Shown: positions 9,139 to 18,577, numbered from the stretch's first letter. The stretch is DNA of 64,000 bases from Candidatus Saccharimonadota bacterium (GCA_018062785.1 JAGORO010000003.1:23801-87800); one strand, 5' to 3'. The notes: generated by a model not told the origin, from the sequence alone. A program made the numbers and translations.

Positions 9139-9534
9139 ATGGACAGCACGCAACCAACACAGAAGAAACTATTACTAGTAGAGGACGATAACGCCCTTGC
9201 TACGGTGTACCTTACGCGATTTCAAGCCGAGGGCTTCGCGATCCACAGGGTTGAAAATGGCGAAGAAGCCTTGGCAGCGGCCCGAGAATATCAGCCAGAT
9301 ATGATTCTACTCGATGCAATGATGCCCAAAGTAAGTGGCTTCGATGTGCTTGATATTCTACGTAATACCCCCGAAACGGCCAACTTCAAGGTTATTATGC
9401 TAACCGCGCTGAGCCAAGATAGTGATAAACAGCGGGCGCAAATGCTCGGTGTCGATGATTACCTCGTCAAGTCTGAGGTAGTTATCTCCGATGTAGTTGA
9501 TAAAGTGAAGCACCACCTCGGCATGCCGTCGTAG
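9139..9534 (+). CDS. Single-domain (CheY/DivK-like) response regulator
   Basis: Receiver motifs LLLVEDD, ILLDAMMP (phospho-acceptor Asp), VIMLTAL, DYLVKS. No output domain. The listed 8992 start is an out-of-context extension overlapping pyrG. Confidence 0.85.
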   Translation: MDSTQPTQKKLLLVEDDNALATVYLTRFQAEGFAIHRVENGEEALAAAREYQPDMILLDAMMPKVSGFDVLDILRNTPETANFKVIMLTALSQDSDKQRAQMLGVDDYLVKSEVVISDVVDKVKHHLGMPS

Positions 9535-9555
9535 AGTCAAAGAAGTCATCATCAA

Positions 9556-9585
9556 AAAAAGAACCCCCACTAGGGGTCTTTTTAT
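9556..9585 (+). terminator. Rho-independent terminator after the orphan response regulator
   Basis: AAAAAAGAACCCC-cacta-GGGGTCTTTTT hairpin plus T-tract. Confidence 0.7.
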
Positions 9586-9666
9586 ATGTGAACACAACTA
9601 AATTGACTAAACATAAAAACTATGCTAAAATGTAGAGTATTAATAAAAGTAACAAAAAATATAAAA

Positions 9667-11229
9667 ATGGCAGAAGTATATCCCACGATACCGAGTAATG
9701 AAAAGGCACCAAGTCACCAGTTATATCTCATAGAGGGTTCTTTGGTTGAGTGCGAGCAGCAAGGTTTTGCTCTGGATACTGCACTTAGGTCAACATACGG
9801 CGAGTCCAAAAGCCCTGAAGATTTACAGATTAGGGCCGAGCAGACAAAACTATTTGCGGCAAGTATTGCCGAGGACATGCAGCTTGAGCCAAGTTTTTAT
9901 GCAAAGCCATACAATACGGTCTTACTCCTTGCGACCGCAGAGTCTTGGCTAGAGAATGAGCAGAACGCTCCTCATAGAAGCAGGATAGAGACCATTCACG
10001 AAAGAGAAGCGCTTAATGAGTTTATGTGTGCGCTTGCGGGAAGTGACTCGGCAGTATTGCGACAATGGGGTGAAGAGTCGAATGAGTTGAAGGATAGATA
10101 TATCGTTGAGCAGGAGGGTGAGATAGACGCTCGAAAAGAGAGGTTTCTAGGCAGTATCGTCGATAGAGAACTTAGCGAAGAGGTTACCGGGATCTTACTC
10201 GATGCCGAAGAAGGGGGTGTCTTACAGCAACAAAGGCAGGCGTTAAATATAGTAGGTGAAGGACTGAATTTTTCTGTAAAGGTCATAAAGGCTGGTACAC
10301 AATGGGATCTGGAACAAGCAGGCATGCTCGAGCCCGTCTCTTGGCCCAAGCAAGAGGAATACACTAATAGGGATGACTATATAAAGGCGTCTGATCATGC
10401 CGCAAGTAGATCAAGTGGCAATAGCGAAGCCGCCAAAGAGTATGAAGACAATATCAAGGCATATGATAAAGAGTTTGCCGATGAATTTGGAGAAATGCCT
10501 GTTGCGTGGGTATCAACACATAGCGATGGCAGAAAGGAAATGTATATCCGTGCTGCCGATGCTTTCATTATTAAAAAAGCTGGAGCGGAAGGGGTAGATT
10601 CTCTTACTGATGACCAGAAGCGTTCGTTGGCTACCATGCAGCATGAGTACGGTCATACTGCAAAAACTATGATGATTGGCGCGCGGCACCAACTTGGTAG
10701 ACTCCTAGAGGAAAGAAAAGCCGAATTGATATCGGGTGACAAGCACGGGTACCAAGATATTAAATATTTTTTCATGGATATGAGCATGGTGAATGGCGTT
10801 GATGTTGTGAATGATTCTTTGGCAAACGCCTTAAGGCAGGATGATCCCATTAGTGCTTTTACAATCGATGCCAGTACTAAAATTGGCCTCAGGAATACGC
10901 TTTTGTCGTTTGCATTACACCCAACGCCATATGACAAAAATCCAGACATCGCCGATAAGTTTGTGCAATTCGGAGCTGTCCAAGATAGACATCTGGATGC
11001 ATCTCAGTTAGACTTTGCGATCCGTGAAACAATTGGGCGTAAGGGTGAAGATGTCGTGAAGGAATTTGCCGCGGAGAAAGTAGAGCTAATGCGCCAGATG
11101 GGGGTAAACATGGACTTCATGAATGATAGTTGGCTTATGTATCGTAAAATGCACGGCCTAAGCCACGTCAATCCCTATATTAGAGTCGCAATTGAGCAAG
11201 TTATTGATAGCTCTGACATGCGAAAATAG
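9667..11229 (+). CDS. Hypothetical 520-aa protein with a single HExxH motif (possible zinc metallopeptidase)
   Basis: Long uninterrupted ORF containing MQHEYGHTAKTMM (HEYGH). No other recognisable domain. Preceded by an A-rich leader. Confidence 0.6.
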   Translation: MAEVYPTIPSNEKAPSHQLYLIEGSLVECEQQGFALDTALRSTYGESKSPEDLQIRAEQTKLFAASIAEDMQLEPSFYAKPYNTVLLLATAESWLENEQNAPHRSRIETIHEREALNEFMCALAGSDSAVLRQWGEESNELKDRYIVEQEGEIDARKERFLGSIVDRELSEEVTGILLDAEEGGVLQQQRQALNIVGEGLNFSVKVIKAGTQWDLEQAGMLEPVSWPKQEEYTNRDDYIKASDHAASRSSGNSEAAKEYEDNIKAYDKEFADEFGEMPVAWVSTHSDGRKEMYIRAADAFIIKKAGAEGVDSLTDDQKRSLATMQHEYGHTAKTMMIGARHQLGRLLEERKAELISGDKHGYQDIKYFFMDMSMVNGVDVVNDSLANALRQDDPISAFTIDASTKIGLRNTLLSFALHPTPYDKNPDIADKFVQFGAVQDRHLDASQLDFAIRETIGRKGEDVVKEFAAEKVELMRQMGVNMDFMNDSWLMYRKMHGLSHVNPYIRVAIEQVIDSSDMRK

Positions 11230-11245
11230 ATATAAATACGTACGT

Positions 11246-11518
11246 CTATTCGACGGTGACTTCGGTGCGGCGGACTGATCGGCCAGAGAAGGTGCGAACC
11301 TTGCGGCTTGCCATCTTGACAATACCATCACGCGTTGCATGAATGGTGAAGTTGCGGCTAATCATAGTGCCTTTGCCGGCGCGCTTGGTCTGGCCGACTT
11401 GGCGAACGATAACTTGACCAGTTTTGACGGCTTGGCCACCAAAAAGCTTGACGCCGAGGCGCTGACCGACTGAATCTCGAGTGTTCTTGCTGGTTCCGCC
11501 AGCTTTGACGTGTGACAT
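11246..11518 (-). CDS. rpmA: 50S ribosomal protein L27
   Basis: MSHVKAGGTSKNTRDSVGQRLGVKLFGGQ...VRQVG matches the L27 signature. Strong SD AAGGAG 6 nt upstream. Confidence 0.93.
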   Translation of the reverse strand: MSHVKAGGTSKNTRDSVGQRLGVKLFGGQAVKTGQVIVRQVGQTKRAGKGTMISRNFTIHATRDGIVKMASRKVRTFSGRSVRRTEVTVE

Positions 11519-11690
11519 ATAATTCTCCTTGACGTGCGGCCTTCATCTGGCTGCGCATTGCTGCGTTGTCGGCGATACGTCCTCGCTCACCGTAGCGGGC
11601 TACGGTTCGTTGCGGGCGTTCGCTCGACGCCTTGCACTGCATCCACCATATGAAGGCCTTTGCGGTGACGGGGCGACTCGAACGTCTACT
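11519..11690 (-). promoter_or_regulatory. GC-rich structured 5' leader of rpmA (candidate ribosomal-protein leader)
   Basis: 13-bp long-range helix (11646..11658 with 11538..11550, one mismatch) encloses about 95 nt containing further hairpins (ACCGTAGC/GCTACGGT) and ends about 12 nt before the SD. Confidence 0.45.
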
Positions 11691-12902
11691 TTAGTTGACT
11701 GTTAATATGAGGAGTTGGCGGGCTACAATTTGATCATCACGGTAGTAGATGAGGTCTGCGTCCCGAACTCGCTCAAAACTTACCCGATTATAGCCGATTT
11801 CCTCGAGAGAGTCAACAAGGGGCAGGTGACGAAATGAGCTTGGTTTGAGCTGCCAAGCAGGAACTGCGATGCAAAGGCGTGCACCTAGGGGTAATTGGGG
11901 GTGAATATTGGCCAAAAACTTCTTGATAATGATATTTACGTCGCTGACATTCTGCTCTAGTATCGCCCGAGCTGGCTGCTCGGTAAAGGGCCGGCCAAGG
12001 TATGATTCACAAGCTACAATACTCGGCTGTGGACTCCACGTGTGTGTGGTTGCATCGCCAACTTTAGTCTGTAAGACAAAGCTTTTCTTGGGGTACTGAT
12101 CTTGTAGCCACTGCATATTCTTTTCTGTGAATTGGATCATGCGAGGTTCTAGATCGGTCCCGTAGGCGTCGTAGCCCATAAGCAGAGCTTCCTGAAGTAG
12201 CACTCCCGTGCCACAGAAGGGATCGAGTACACGAAATTTCTGGTCGGATCGCTCGGTACCATTGGCAGTCTTTAGCTCTCCGATGGCTAGGTTGATGATG
12301 ATCTGGGCAAGTTTGGGCGGGAGCATGCCCACGCGCGCATCGCGCATGGGCCGACTGCGATCGCGGACGGTGTAGCTATCGATATCTTGGACGGCATCGG
12401 TTCGGGCAAGTATCGTCTGAGTCCCGTCACTGGCAATTACTATTTCTGCACCATGCTCGTCGGCGAGGTGACTGTGATATACCTGCGCGGTAGACAGTTC
12501 CAATGAATTGTTCGGCACGAGTCGTACTGAGCCGTCATGTCGAGAACGAATAACTTTTTTGAGTGTTAGGCCGAGGGCATTTACCTTGCCGGTAGAGACA
12601 GAGATGCCAATTACTGATAGGCCCAAGTGAAATTTGCCAGAGGTGGGAAGGGCTAGTGAGGATGAGCGCACGATTTTGAGCAGCTCTTTTTCGATGCTTC
12701 TCCAGTCGTTCCCAGAAATAGTTGTAAGGACTACGGCGCGTTTTGTGCTGCCGCCTAAGCGTGCGAATGCAGGCTCGTTTTCGGCCTGCTCGATGATGGC
12801 GCAGTGTGCGCCAAAAGCCCGCACTGCAGATGGTCCGCACAGACTTTCAAGCTCGGCAAGACCGAGCGAGGGTTGTCTCCCTAAAACGTATATGTGTTGC
12901 AT
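11691..12902 (-). CDS. THUMP-like / class I SAM-dependent RNA (or DNA) methyltransferase
   Basis: SAM motif I VLDPFCGTGVLLQEALLMGYDAYGTDLEP. The N-terminal MQHIYVLGRQPSLGLAELESL is typical of putative RNA methylases. The start at 12902 is supported by TATTAT 6 nt upstream. Confidence 0.7.
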   Translation of the reverse strand: MQHIYVLGRQPSLGLAELESLCGPSAVRAFGAHCAIIEQAENEPAFARLGGSTKRAVVLTTISGNDWRSIEKELLKIVRSSSLALPTSGKFHLGLSVIGISVSTGKVNALGLTLKKVIRSRHDGSVRLVPNNSLELSTAQVYHSHLADEHGAEIVIASDGTQTILARTDAVQDIDSYTVRDRSRPMRDARVGMLPPKLAQIIINLAIGELKTANGTERSDQKFRVLDPFCGTGVLLQEALLMGYDAYGTDLEPRMIQFTEKNMQWLQDQYPKKSFVLQTKVGDATTHTWSPQPSIVACESYLGRPFTEQPARAILEQNVSDVNIIIKKFLANIHPQLPLGARLCIAVPAWQLKPSSFRHLPLVDSLEEIGYNRVSFERVRDADLIYYRDDQIVARQLLILTVN

Positions 12903-13029
12903 GTACCTATAATACCGGTATCGGACGTCGCTACCTAATGTGGCTGGGGTATTCGAGCTAGTCAATGTGAGGTGAAGAAATGTAGAGGAGGTGATAGCAC
13001 ATCATCAAAAGATGCGTATACTATATAGC

Positions 13030-14112
13030 ATGGAAACAGGGATGCGGCATTCGTTCTGGCAGCGAAACTGGAAGGCTGTGCTAAATGTAGTGACGGTTTT
13101 GGCGCTGTGTTTGCTGATATATGCCATTCGTGATCAGTTTAGCCAGACGTTCGAAAACCTCTTGCGGGTAAACATGTGGGCGCTTTTGCTCATGATACCG
13201 CTCCAAGTTCTAAATTACGATGCACAGACTAGGCTATACAAACATTTATTTGTGTTGGTTGGTAACAAACTGAGCTACAAGGAGCTCTTCAAATCATCGG
13301 TAGCCTTGAACTATGTAAATCATTTGTTCCCGAGTGGAGGTGTGACGGGCATTTCGTATTTTGCAGCCCGTTTAAAGAGTGAGGATATCACCGGCGCAAA
13401 GGCGTCGGCGGTGCAGCTCTTTAAGCTTGTACTGTACTTTCTAAGCTTTGAAATATTGATTGTGATCGGAGTGTTTGCGTTGGCAATCCAGGGGCACATG
13501 AATAGTCTTATTTTGTTGGTGGCAGGTTCGATTGCAACTGCCTTGGTCATTACCACGTTTGGTCTCGGGTTCGTTGTAAGTAGTAGGCGGCGTATCGCCG
13601 GCTTTTTTATGTACGTGACCAAATGGCTAAACAGAATGATACGCATTATTCGGCCTAATCATCCGCAACAAGTTCATACGGAAAAAATCCGAGTCGTATT
13701 TGATGATTTGCACGATAACTATAAGCTTATGAGCCAAGATTGGTCTAAGTTGAAGTGGCCATTCCTGTGGGCACTGTTTGCAAATATCTGGGAAGTGCTA
13801 ACAATATACGTTGTTTATGTTGCTTTTGGCGACTTGGTGAACATCGGGGCGGTTATTTTGGCCTATGCGGTGGCAAATTTTGCGGGCCTAGTAAGTGTGC
13901 TGCCGGGCGGTGTCGGTGTCTACGAGGGCCTCATGACCTTAACCTTGTCTGCAACTGGTGTGCCATCTCGTCTGAGTCTGCCGGTGACGATTATGTACCG
14001 TATCTTGAGTACGCTCATACAGATGCCGCCGGGTGCGTACTTTTACCATAAACACCTTAATCGTGTGAATGTTGGCGCGCAGACTACCAAAAAGCTGGGG
14101 GCTAAAACTTGA
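13030..14112 (+). CDS. LPG-synthase-TM / UPF0104 family polytopic membrane protein (flippase-like)
   Basis: About 8 TM helices with FPSGGVTGISYFAARL and VLPGGVGVYEGLMTLTL motifs. TATACT at 13017..13022 lies 7 nt upstream of the ATG. Confidence 0.65.
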   Translation: METGMRHSFWQRNWKAVLNVVTVLALCLLIYAIRDQFSQTFENLLRVNMWALLLMIPLQVLNYDAQTRLYKHLFVLVGNKLSYKELFKSSVALNYVNHLFPSGGVTGISYFAARLKSEDITGAKASAVQLFKLVLYFLSFEILIVIGVFALAIQGHMNSLILLVAGSIATALVITTFGLGFVVSSRRRIAGFFMYVTKWLNRMIRIIRPNHPQQVHTEKIRVVFDDLHDNYKLMSQDWSKLKWPFLWALFANIWEVLTIYVVYVAFGDLVNIGAVILAYAVANFAGLVSVLPGGVGVYEGLMTLTLSATGVPSRLSLPVTIMYRILSTLIQMPPGAYFYHKHLNRVNVGAQTTKKLGAKT

Positions 14113-15251
14113 ACGAAGTACCGGTCGTAGGTGTAAGTGATTTTCTTGTTCTCGTAAACCAAACACTCGAATACGCCTATCCTTTTATTGCCGTTGAGGG
14201 CGAGATACTAGAGTACAAGGTGAGCAAGAACCGCTGGGTATACATTACGCTTAAAGACGAGTTTGCGACTGTGCGATGTTTTACGACAGTATATGCACTA
14301 CCTAACCCGCTCGAGGTTGGTATGGTAGTGCGGTTGTACGGAGCGCCGCATATACACGAAAAATATGGATTTAGCTTGCAGGTGCAGCAGGTGCGCCTAG
14401 TCGGTGAGGGAACTCTTAAAAAAGGATGCGAACTGCTGTTCGCAAAGTTACGCGGGGAAGGACTTTTTGACACTGCGCGCAAACGTAGCCTGCCGGCCGT
14501 ACCTTCGAGAATTGCAGTTGTTACTGCTCGCGATTCGGCAGCCTGTGCAGACTTTATCAAAATCACCAAAGCGAGGTGGTGTGGCGTGGAAGTGACAGTT
14601 TTTGATTCGTATGTACAGGGTGATCATGCGCCGGAAAATATTATCCAAACACTACAAACGGTTCAGAGCCAGCCGGAGCTTCCTGAGGTAGTTGTTTTGA
14701 TTCGAGGTGGAGGCAGCAAGGGAGATTTGGCGGCCTTTAGCCACGAAGGGGTGGTGCGTGCGGTAGCAGAGTGCAGGGTACCAACGCTTGTAGCCATTGG
14801 TCACGAGGTAGATGAGAGCCTCGCTGAGCTAGCGGCGGATGTGCGAGCAAGTACTCCGAGTAATGCTGCTGAGTTGCTTTTTCCGGACAAAAAGGTCGAA
14901 CGAATTCGTTTGGCTGAAAAACGGCAGGAATTGGCACGACTTCTCAGGAACTATACGGTTGCCAAGCGACAAAAAAACCTTGAATACAAGGAGGACCTTG
15001 GCGTGTATCTGCAAGTTGTCCTTGATCGAACACGGCAGGCAGCGCGCACCTATCGAGATGTATTAATTGCGCTTGATCCAATGCTTCCGCTCGAGCGTGG
15101 ATACGCGTTGATTCGTGATGAGCGGGGCGAGAAAATTGTGGATGCCACCAGTGTGTCTATTGGGGACTTGCTACGAGTGCACCTGAGGAATGGAACGATA
15201 TTGACAGAGGTAAAAGCCCACTATGCGGATGAAAAGAAAGGAAAAGCATGA
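14109..15251 (+). CDS. xseA: Exodeoxyribonuclease VII large subunit
   Basis: OB-fold N-terminus (VSDFLVLVNQTLE...VEGEILEYKVSKNRWVYITLKD) and catalytic core (IAVVTARDSAA...LIRGGGSKGDL..F). 4-nt overlap with xseB. Confidence 0.88.
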   Translation: MNEVPVVGVSDFLVLVNQTLEYAYPFIAVEGEILEYKVSKNRWVYITLKDEFATVRCFTTVYALPNPLEVGMVVRLYGAPHIHEKYGFSLQVQQVRLVGEGTLKKGCELLFAKLRGEGLFDTARKRSLPAVPSRIAVVTARDSAACADFIKITKARWCGVEVTVFDSYVQGDHAPENIIQTLQTVQSQPELPEVVVLIRGGGSKGDLAAFSHEGVVRAVAECRVPTLVAIGHEVDESLAELAADVRASTPSNAAELLFPDKKVERIRLAEKRQELARLLRNYTVAKRQKNLEYKEDLGVYLQVVLDRTRQAARTYRDVLIALDPMLPLERGYALIRDERGEKIVDATSVSIGDLLRVHLRNGTILTEVKAHYADEKKGKA

Positions 15252-15439
15252 GTAAAAAATTTGTCTACAGCGAGGCCATCGCCGAGCTTGATGCGATTGT
15301 GTCCGAGCTACGTAATACAGACATACCACTCGATAGAGCCATTGAACTACATGGAAAAGGGCAGGCGATAGTGCATGATCTCGAAGTGTTTTTGGACGGC
15401 GCCGAGGTAGAAATTAAGCAGCAAACGGCCAAAGGATAA
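15248..15439 (+). CDS. xseB: Exodeoxyribonuclease VII small subunit
   Basis: 63-aa helical protein (FVYSEAIAELDAIVSELRNTDIPLDRAIELHGKG) immediately after xseA. Confidence 0.85.
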   Translation: MSKKFVYSEAIAELDAIVSELRNTDIPLDRAIELHGKGQAIVHDLEVFLDGAEVEIKQQTAKG

Positions 15440-15441
15440 CC

Positions 15442-15918
15442 ATGAGCATTACGCTGCTGATTTTGATGATTGTCGTATCGTTGTTTGCGGTCGTGCTTCT
15501 GGTGGGTGCGCCGTATCTACCAACGTTGTCTACTCAAATTGAGACTGCCTTTGACTTACTGGATTTAGAAAAAGACCAGACGGTTTTGGAGCTAGGTTGC
15601 GGAGATGGCAAAGTACTGCTGGCGGCCGTTAAGCGCGGATATCAGGCCGTTGGAGTCGAGCTTAACCCCATTTTATTTGTGATTGCATGGCTTCGGACAG
15701 TGCGGTATCGCGGGCGGGTGAGAGTGATATGGGGAGATTTTTGGCGTATGGAGTGGCCTCCAAGCGACGGGGTGTTTGTGTTCTTACTTGATAGATTTAT
15801 GCCTCGGCTAGACACTCAAATGCGACAGTACAAAAGGCCACTTGTGAGCATCGCATTTCAGATCTCGGGCAAAAAACCTGCCAGAGAAAAGCAGGGTGTG
15901 TTTTTGTATCGATACTAA
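15442..15918 (+). CDS. Membrane-anchored class I SAM-dependent methyltransferase
   Basis: N-terminal TM followed by motif I VLELGCGDGKVLLAAVKRGYQAVGVELNP. Confidence 0.7.
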   Translation: MSITLLILMIVVSLFAVVLLVGAPYLPTLSTQIETAFDLLDLEKDQTVLELGCGDGKVLLAAVKRGYQAVGVELNPILFVIAWLRTVRYRGRVRVIWGDFWRMEWPPSDGVFVFLLDRFMPRLDTQMRQYKRPLVSIAFQISGKKPAREKQGVFLYRY

Positions 15919-15957
15919 GCCTTGTCGGCGAGGCCTATTTCGAGTACCATAAGCAAT

Positions 15958-16623
15958 ATGAAATATGTGGATCGAGAAAGGGGTGCAGCAGCTGGCGTAA
16001 TTTTGGGCTTCGTGTCGCTAGGTGGTTTGCTTCTCGTTTTTGTCGCCCTGAGTGCGTGGGCGATCAGTGAACGAACAACATACAAAAGTAAGAGTGATGA
16101 GCTCGTTGCAGCTGCCGTAGAGAAGAACACGACAGAGGTTACTGCCAAGCTAGAGAAGGATTTTGCCGACAAGGAAAAATCTCCATATCGAACTTTTGTT
16201 GGTCCTGAAGAGTACGGTAGTATTCGAATAGGGTACCCAAAGACGTGGAGTGTATATACGGAGAGCGGGGGGTCGTCCCAGCCACTTGACCTCTACATGG
16301 ACCCCGGTGTAGTCCGTGGTTCTGGCGGAAATGATGCCGTCTATGCGCTTCGTACGCAGGTGACGAGTCAGTCGTATGCTGATGTATTGCAGCAGTTTAC
16401 AAGTGGAGCAAGTAATGGTGCGACAAAAGTTGCGCCATATAAATTACCATCGAACGAAAAAATTATAGGGTCGCGTATTGAAGGCGTACTCGAAAATCAG
16501 AAAAAGGGCACAATGATTGTGCTGCCTCTTCGCGATCGAGCCATCAAGATATGGACCGAAACAGACGCCGGTAAAGCGGATTTTGACACGGTTATTTTGA
16601 AGAACCTCACACTTGTTCCGTAG
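15958..16623 (+). CDS. Hypothetical membrane-anchored protein
   Basis: Single TM (GVILGFVSLGGLLLVFVALSAWAI) plus an extracytoplasmic domain. No recognised motif. Confidence 0.55.
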   Translation: MKYVDRERGAAAGVILGFVSLGGLLLVFVALSAWAISERTTYKSKSDELVAAAVEKNTTEVTAKLEKDFADKEKSPYRTFVGPEEYGSIRIGYPKTWSVYTESGGSSQPLDLYMDPGVVRGSGGNDAVYALRTQVTSQSYADVLQQFTSGASNGATKVAPYKLPSNEKIIGSRIEGVLENQKKGTMIVLPLRDRAIKIWTETDAGKADFDTVILKNLTLVP

Positions 16624-16728
16624 TAGCATGCGCTGCTCTTGGTCTAGCCGATGACGAAAGTTGTAAATAATCTCGTATTTTTCATAGCCTGCAATCGGTA
16701 TACTGATCTATAGAAACGAGGGTAGTAT

Positions 16729-17445
16729 ATGTCGCGGAACTCTGCAGACAAACATATGGAGCAGTCGGAACGGCTGTTTGTGAGCCTAGCAGAACAGCTC
16801 AGAGATGCGTATTTGCAAATTGCGCGCCTCGCGGAGCTTGCAAAATGGCAGAATGACCCCAAGGCAGTCGAGCATATTGCCATACTATCCCAAGCAGCGA
16901 TGAAACTTACCGATGGCTATGTACGCGCTATGCGAGGTGGAGGGGGTGCTATCGAGATAGCGGCCGAACCGGTGTCGGTCGCATCGCTCCTATATGATGT
17001 CGAGCTCGTACTTCGGCCCTATGCTTCACAGCGCAATGTTCAGCTCGAAATTGCTGCGTTGCCGAAGCTCGAGCCGGTACTTTGTGACCGTGAGTTTATG
17101 CATTCTGTGTTGGTTTGTTTGGGTCAGGTTTTTGTTAACGCAGAAGCTGCCCAAGATAGCCCGTCGGCTGTGCGTCTAGATGCGTATCGCACTAGGCATG
17201 GTATTGCAGCCGGGCTGTATTCTGCAAATACAATTATTAATTCTGCTACGCTTCGGCGTGCCAAACGATTCTTTGGCAAAGTTCACCAACCTTTTAGTTT
17301 GCTGTCCTCTGGGCCAGTTGCAGGTGTATTTGTAGCAGATAAGTTGCTCACAAGTATGCAGGCGGAGCTCCATGTGGCAAAGCATAATAGTTTTGTGGGT
17401 CTCGCGGCCACGCTTCCAAGGTGTAGCCAAATACAGTTGGTGTAG
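16729..17445 (+). CDS. Soluble, degenerate histidine-kinase-like protein
   Basis: HK-like layout (helical N-terminus; EPVSVASLLYDVELVLRPYASQRNVQLEI; N-box-like VLVCLGQVFVNAE), but no HExxxP H-box and no clear G1/G2 ATP-lid boxes. Confidence 0.5.
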   Translation: MSRNSADKHMEQSERLFVSLAEQLRDAYLQIARLAELAKWQNDPKAVEHIAILSQAAMKLTDGYVRAMRGGGGAIEIAAEPVSVASLLYDVELVLRPYASQRNVQLEIAALPKLEPVLCDREFMHSVLVCLGQVFVNAEAAQDSPSAVRLDAYRTRHGIAAGLYSANTIINSATLRRAKRFFGKVHQPFSLLSSGPVAGVFVADKLLTSMQAELHVAKHNSFVGLAATLPRCSQIQLV

Positions 17446-17811
17446 ATGAATATATTACTGATAGAACCAGATGCCATTTTGGCTGATATGTACGGCAAGG
17501 CCTTGGGTGTAGTGGGTACCGTTGCGTGGGCGCCTACGGCCGAACGTGCAATACAGCTAGCCGACGCGAAATCACCAGATGTAGTGGTACTAGAGCCGAG
17601 GCTAGCGAGACACAACGGGGTTGAATTCTTGTACGAGTTCAAAAGTTACCCAGAGTGGCAGAGTGTGCCGGTACTTATTCACACAAGTGGTGCGCAGCTA
17701 CTGTTGTCCGACAGCACCCTCGGCGACTTATCGATTTGCGCGCAGCTCGACAAGCACGAAACATCGCTGCAAGATTTGTGTTCGAAGGTGCATGCAGTTG
17801 GGTTACTATGA
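17446..17811 (+). CDS. Atypical receiver-domain protein (Glu at the phospho-acceptor position)
   Basis: Receiver fold motifs ILLIEPD, VVVLEPRLARHNG (E where D is expected), PVLIHTS, LDKH. ATGA overlap with recO. Confidence 0.65.
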   Translation: MNILLIEPDAILADMYGKALGVVGTVAWAPTAERAIQLADAKSPDVVVLEPRLARHNGVEFLYEFKSYPEWQSVPVLIHTSGAQLLLSDSTLGDLSICAQLDKHETSLQDLCSKVHAVGLL

Positions 17812-18503
17812 ATCAAAAAAAGACCACCGCTATCATACTGAACCGCGTCGATTTCGGTGAGGCCGATCGGATACTGACAGTACTAACTCCGTACGATGGC
17901 AAGTTAAGCCTTATGGCAAAGGGGGTGCGTAAGGTCCGAAGTAAGCTTGCGGGGGGTATAGAGCTGTTTAGTGAAAACGAGCTAACGTATATCCCTGGCA
18001 GGGGAGAAATGGGCACACTGGTGTCAAGTAGGATGACGCAGCACTACTCATCAATTCTGACAGATATTGACCGAACAATGCTTGGCTATGATCTTATCAA
18101 ATTGCTCCACAAGTCTACCGAGCAACACGCAGAACATGGATACTACGATGCAATGAGGGCAGGGCTCGAAGGCCTGAGCGGCACGGATGTGCCAATCAAA
18201 GTGGTACGACTGTGGTTTTGGGCTCGGCTCCTCACCCTTGATGGGCATGCGCCCAACTTGCTAACCGAACGAGAGGGGGCAGCGTTGAGAGCGGATAAAA
18301 AGTATGAGTTTGATTTCGATAGTATGGCGATGAGTTTGAGACCGAGTGGAACATTTGGCGCGCCTGAGATCAAATTCTTGCGGTTACTTTTTTCGCGCCC
18401 CAGCCCAGTGCCCTTCAAAGGAATTGATACTGTCGATGAGCTTTGTCTTGTGTGCCGACCGCTTCTGAGTTCACTCAAGAGCCTATACCTTGCGGGCAAT
18501 TAA
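17808..18503 (+). CDS. recO: DNA repair protein RecO
   Basis: N-terminal OB motif TTAIILNRVDFGEADRILTVLTPYDGKLSLMAKGVRK. The listed 17655 start is an upstream extension across the previous gene. Confidence 0.85.
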   Translation: MNQKKTTAIILNRVDFGEADRILTVLTPYDGKLSLMAKGVRKVRSKLAGGIELFSENELTYIPGRGEMGTLVSSRMTQHYSSILTDIDRTMLGYDLIKLLHKSTEQHAEHGYYDAMRAGLEGLSGTDVPIKVVRLWFWARLLTLDGHAPNLLTEREGAALRADKKYEFDFDSMAMSLRPSGTFGAPEIKFLRLLFSRPSPVPFKGIDTVDELCLVCRPLLSSLKSLYLAGN

Positions 18504-18577
18504 GCACAGCGCCTTGGGAGAATGGCTAAACAGAGGTATACTACACCTATAAATAGAAGTAGGGCGAAAGTGTACTG

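Noticed and set aside
11358-11642. 94-aa Arg-rich ORF overlapping the rpmA 5' end and leader.
   Set aside because: It is out of frame with the well-supported L27 gene, its Arg/Gln-rich composition reflects GC-rich leader sequence, and it has no start context.
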